Positions 61,369 through 64,000 of a stretch of 64,000 nucleotides of DNA are shown piece after piece. Numbering within the stretch: position 1 is the stretch's first letter; the number at the start of each line of letters is the position of its first letter. The position numbers were made by a program, and so were the translations under genes. Below the pieces are notes generated by a model, which was given only the letters and a program-made list of their open reading frames with translations, had not been told where the DNA came from and ran no database searches. This DNA is from an uncultured Armatimonadia bacterium (lineage in GTDB: Bacteria; Armatimonadota; Zipacnadia; CAVVLO01): NCBI GenBank assembly GCA_963749155.1, contig CAVVLO010000001.1:352001-416000 (forward strand), in the 5' to 3' direction.

Positions 61369-61910
61369 GAGCGCGCCTCTGGCTCCTTGTCGGCCTCCAG
61401 GTGCTGGTGCTGCTGGCGATGGCCGGTTATTACCAGTACATAATCAGCTTTGGCACTGTAGTGCGTCTGCAGGCGGACCCTTATGACCCGCTCAGTCTGT
61501 TTCAGGGCCGCTATGTCTACCTGGCCTACAACATTACAGAACTGGACGAAGAAGCGCTGCACGCGCCCAGGCTTACGCCTTCCGACCCACGCGCAGCCAG
61601 TTTCTGGGTAACCCTTGAGCGGGCCGATCCTTACTGGAAAGCCATCGCCCTCGACCTGCGGCGCCCTGTGGGTCTTCCCGAGAACCAGGTAGCCTTGAAA
61701 GGCAGCGCCATCTGGGGACAGGAGAAAGGTAAAGTAAGGTTGAAATACGGTATCGAGAGCTTTTTCGCACCTGAGGAACTCGCCCCCGAGCTTGAAGCTC
61801 GCGGTCGCAAGGACAGTTTCGAGGTGGATGTCGCAATAGGCCCAGGCGGACGCGCCCTCATCAAACAGGTCTTCCTTAAGGGCAAACCCGTGGACCTTAT
61901 ACCCAGATAA
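61365..61910 (+). CDS. GDYXXLXY-domain protein
   Basis: G..V.L...P.DP.SLF.G.YV.L.Y and YGIE.FF.PE; overlaps the DUF2157 stop (ATGA). Confidence 0.88.
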   Translation: MRARLWLLVGLQVLVLLAMAGYYQYIISFGTVVRLQADPYDPLSLFQGRYVYLAYNITELDEEALHAPRLTPSDPRAASFWVTLERADPYWKAIALDLRRPVGLPENQVALKGSAIWGQEKGKVRLKYGIESFFAPEELAPELEARGRKDSFEVDVAIGPGGRALIKQVFLKGKPVDLIPR

Positions 61911-61984
61911 TTATAAATGTACTTTTTTCTTTCCAGAGGGTAAGCTTCGGCTTGCCCTCTTCTTTTGGAGGAGTATCACTACCG

Positions 61985-64000
61985 ATGGCCAACCAAAACC
62001 GATTCTTGCTCTCGCTCCTGCTCGTTGTTTTGCTGCCTTGCTTTGCTTATCCCGCCTCTGGAGACGATGGTGCTTTGTCTGCTTACAAGGGTCGCTATTT
62101 CGCTGGCGCTGGCGATACCCAGTATCTGGAACTCCTCGATATGTGCGCGCGCGTATTCTGGCCCGACCCCGAATATCAGAACCTCTCGATGCTCTACTCC
62201 CCCACCTGGAACGGCTTTGTAGAGGGCCCAACCTGGGGCGCCTGGTGGATCCAGAATAGCTACGGGCCGACTTATTGCGAATTGCCTTTCCTCACCGAGC
62301 CGTATACCACTTTCCTCCAGAACGCGCAGGACCTCTGGTTCGACCAGATGGGCGATGGCCTTCGTAAGGGCGCCTTCGACTGGGTCGCCCCCGACGGGTG
62401 CCTTTGCGATGCCGCCGCACCCGGCTGGATTGTCTACAGGCAAGGCGATGGCCGCACTGATATCCACGATTGGGCCGTCGAATTCACCGCCGCCGGTATC
62501 GTGATGCAGGCGGAGTTGCTGTTAATCAGCCGGGATGTTGAGGCTATCAACCACTATCTGCCGCTGCTGCGCCGGTCGGCCGACTTCCTCGAGTCGCGCC
62601 GAGATTCGACTAATAACCTCTTCCTCGCTGGCCCAGCCGGCAACCTGCTCGCGCCTAGCTATGCCGGCTACCACAAGCCTGATGATACCTATGGGATGGC
62701 TTATCTCGCCGGCCTCTCCATCACCACAATCGCCGCTCTCGACCGCCTGATAGAACTGGAGAAGCTCGCCGGCGATCCCGACCATGTCGCCACCTGTGAG
62801 CGCAGGCGCAACCTCGCTCGCCAGGGTCTGTCCGAGCTGGAGACGGACGAGGGCTATTTCATAAAGTCGCTCGATCCTGATGGCACGCGCCACGGGGTGT
62901 ATGGCGCCGAGAAGTATGGCTATTTCGAGGCCGTCTGCAACCATGACGCCATCGCCTTCCGTGTGGTGGATGACGCTCAGTCGCGCCGCATCTACGACAA
63001 GATTGCCTCGATCCCCGGCCTGCGTCCGGTCGACCTCATCATCACCAACTACCCCTCGCTGGACGATATGTATATGCCTGCAGAGGGCCTGTGGGGCTTC
63101 GGCACCTGGGTAAATGGCGGTCACTGGACGACCTGCGAGGCCCGGATGATGCTTGCCTACTTCCGCCTGGGCCAGTACGCGGACGCTCAGGCCTCGATGG
63201 AATACATCCGCACCCTTTACGAGACCTTCCGCACCGACAATCCGCTGGTCGAGTTTGGCGCCAAGCCCTATCAGCCCAGCCTGCCCATCAACTGTGTCTA
63301 TGACACCTGGGGCGCCCCTGCGGGGATGCTTCGCGGCCTTTTCGAGTATCTCTACTCCGCCGAAGGACTCACTCTGGTGCCGCATATCCCGACCGGAATA
63401 ACGCAGCTAGAGCAGCGTTTCCCCGTCCGGCTTGGGGACAAGCGCCTGTTTCTCTCCACTCGCGGGCAAGGCGAGATAACCGGCGTCCAGGTCAACGGCG
63501 CCCCGTGGAAGGACTTCGATGCTACCTCGGTGCGCCTTCCGGCTGATTCCCTACCCGCAAAAGCCCAGGTGGTAATACTGCTCGGGGGCGCTGAGGCTGG
63601 ACTTGCCAAGGCAGTCCTGCCAGGCTCCGAACCTGTCCTCGTGCCTGCGCCTGAAGATGACTTCTGGGACCTCACAGGCTACCTGCCTTTCGCCTCCGGC
63701 AACCTGCTGCCTCTGCGTCTGGGCGCGGATTCGAGCGGAGCCTGCCGCCTGCAAGGCTTGATGAAGCGCGCGCTTGTCTACGAGCGCGAACTGACGCCCG
63801 AGGAAGTCGCCACCCTCGCCGATCCAGCCTCTGAAGTGCCTGCAGACGGTTTGTTGCTTCACTTCGACCTGGGCGATTATGCCGATGGCGCCGTGCCTAA
63901 CCGGGCCTCAGCGGCTTTCTTCGCCGAAGTGCGCGGCGAGGTTGAACTGGTTGATACCCCCTTCGGCAAGGCCTTGCGTCTTGGTCAGGCAGGTTATCTC
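61985..64000 (+). CDS. Large secreted six-hairpin-glycosidase-like protein with LamG-like domain(s), 3'-truncated by the window edge and absent from the ORF track
   Basis: GGAGG RBS; MANQNRFLLSLLLVVLLPCFA; open frame containing WGAWWIQNSYG, WVNGGHWTT and LRLGADS.G...L.G......VY.R.LT.EEV..L. Confidence 0.75.
   Translation, partial: MANQNRFLLSLLLVVLLPCFAYPASGDDGALSAYKGRYFAGAGDTQYLELLDMCARVFWPDPEYQNLSMLYSPTWNGFVEGPTWGAWWIQNSYGPTYCELPFLTEPYTTFLQNAQDLWFDQMGDGLRKGAFDWVAPDGCLCDAAAPGWIVYRQGDGRTDIHDWAVEFTAAGIVMQAELLLISRDVEAINHYLPLLRRSADFLESRRDSTNNLFLAGPAGNLLAPSYAGYHKPDDTYGMAYLAGLSITTIAALDRLIELEKLAGDPDHVATCERRRNLARQGLSELETDEGYFIKSLDPDGTRHGVYGAEKYGYFEAVCNHDAIAFRVVDDAQSRRIYDKIASIPGLRPVDLIITNYPSLDDMYMPAEGLWGFGTWVNGGHWTTCEARMMLAYFRLGQYADAQASMEYIRTLYETFRTDNPLVEFGAKPYQPSLPINCVYDTWGAPAGMLRGLFEYLYSAEGLTLVPHIPTGITQLEQRFPVRLGDKRLFLSTRGQGEITGVQVNGAPWKDFDATSVRLPADSLPAKAQVVILLGGAEAGLAKAVLPGSEPVLVPAPEDDFWDLTGYLPFASGNLLPLRLGADSSGACRLQGLMKRALVYERELTPEEVATLADPASEVPADGLLLHFDLGDYADGAVPNRASAAFFAEVRGEVELVDTPFGKALRLGQAGYL

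Noticed and set aside
1..64000. Programmed ribosomal frameshifting or phase variation as the cause of split genes
   Set aside because: The junctions I inspected show no shared slippery heptamer or long simple-sequence tract, and they affect unrelated genes.

Overview
High-GC bacterial window with about 42 protein genes and no rRNA, tRNA, CRISPR array, integrase or transposase that I could see. The gene content (DUF6785/6784-type membrane protein, many URO-D-family paralogs, many secreted CAZyme-like proteins) suggests an anaerobic polysaccharide degrader such as Armatimonadota or a PVC-group organism; that assignment is an inference. Most of the window is glycan catabolism: GH95, GH106, PL8, GH26+CBM35, GH76, GH127/146, GH28, GH39/GH5/GH99-like proteins, a sulfatase, sugar isomerases and an aldolase. 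Four URO-D/MtaA-family genes and one non-pyrrolysine MttB-family gene are interleaved with these. About 18 genes are split by single-base frameshifts, most likely unpolished long-read errors, so I merged the fragments. Accessory elements: (i) a 1,266-bp two-gene cassette (DUF6884/YaaA-like plus GIY-YIG-like nuclease) between two identical 133-bp direct repeats that copy a neighbouring gene's 3' end and a REP palindrome, with no mobility enzyme inside; this is the best candidate for an undescribed defence/mobile system; (ii) an AbiE-like type IV toxin-antitoxin pair with a clear promoter and operator-like repeats; (iii) a compositionally foreign isomerase-aldolase pair; (iv) a degenerate ~1.3-kb stretch; (v) an orphan sigma54-type promoter in front of a 21-codon ORF; (vi) three families of REP-like palindromes. 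All family names come from motif recognition by eye, not from database searches.
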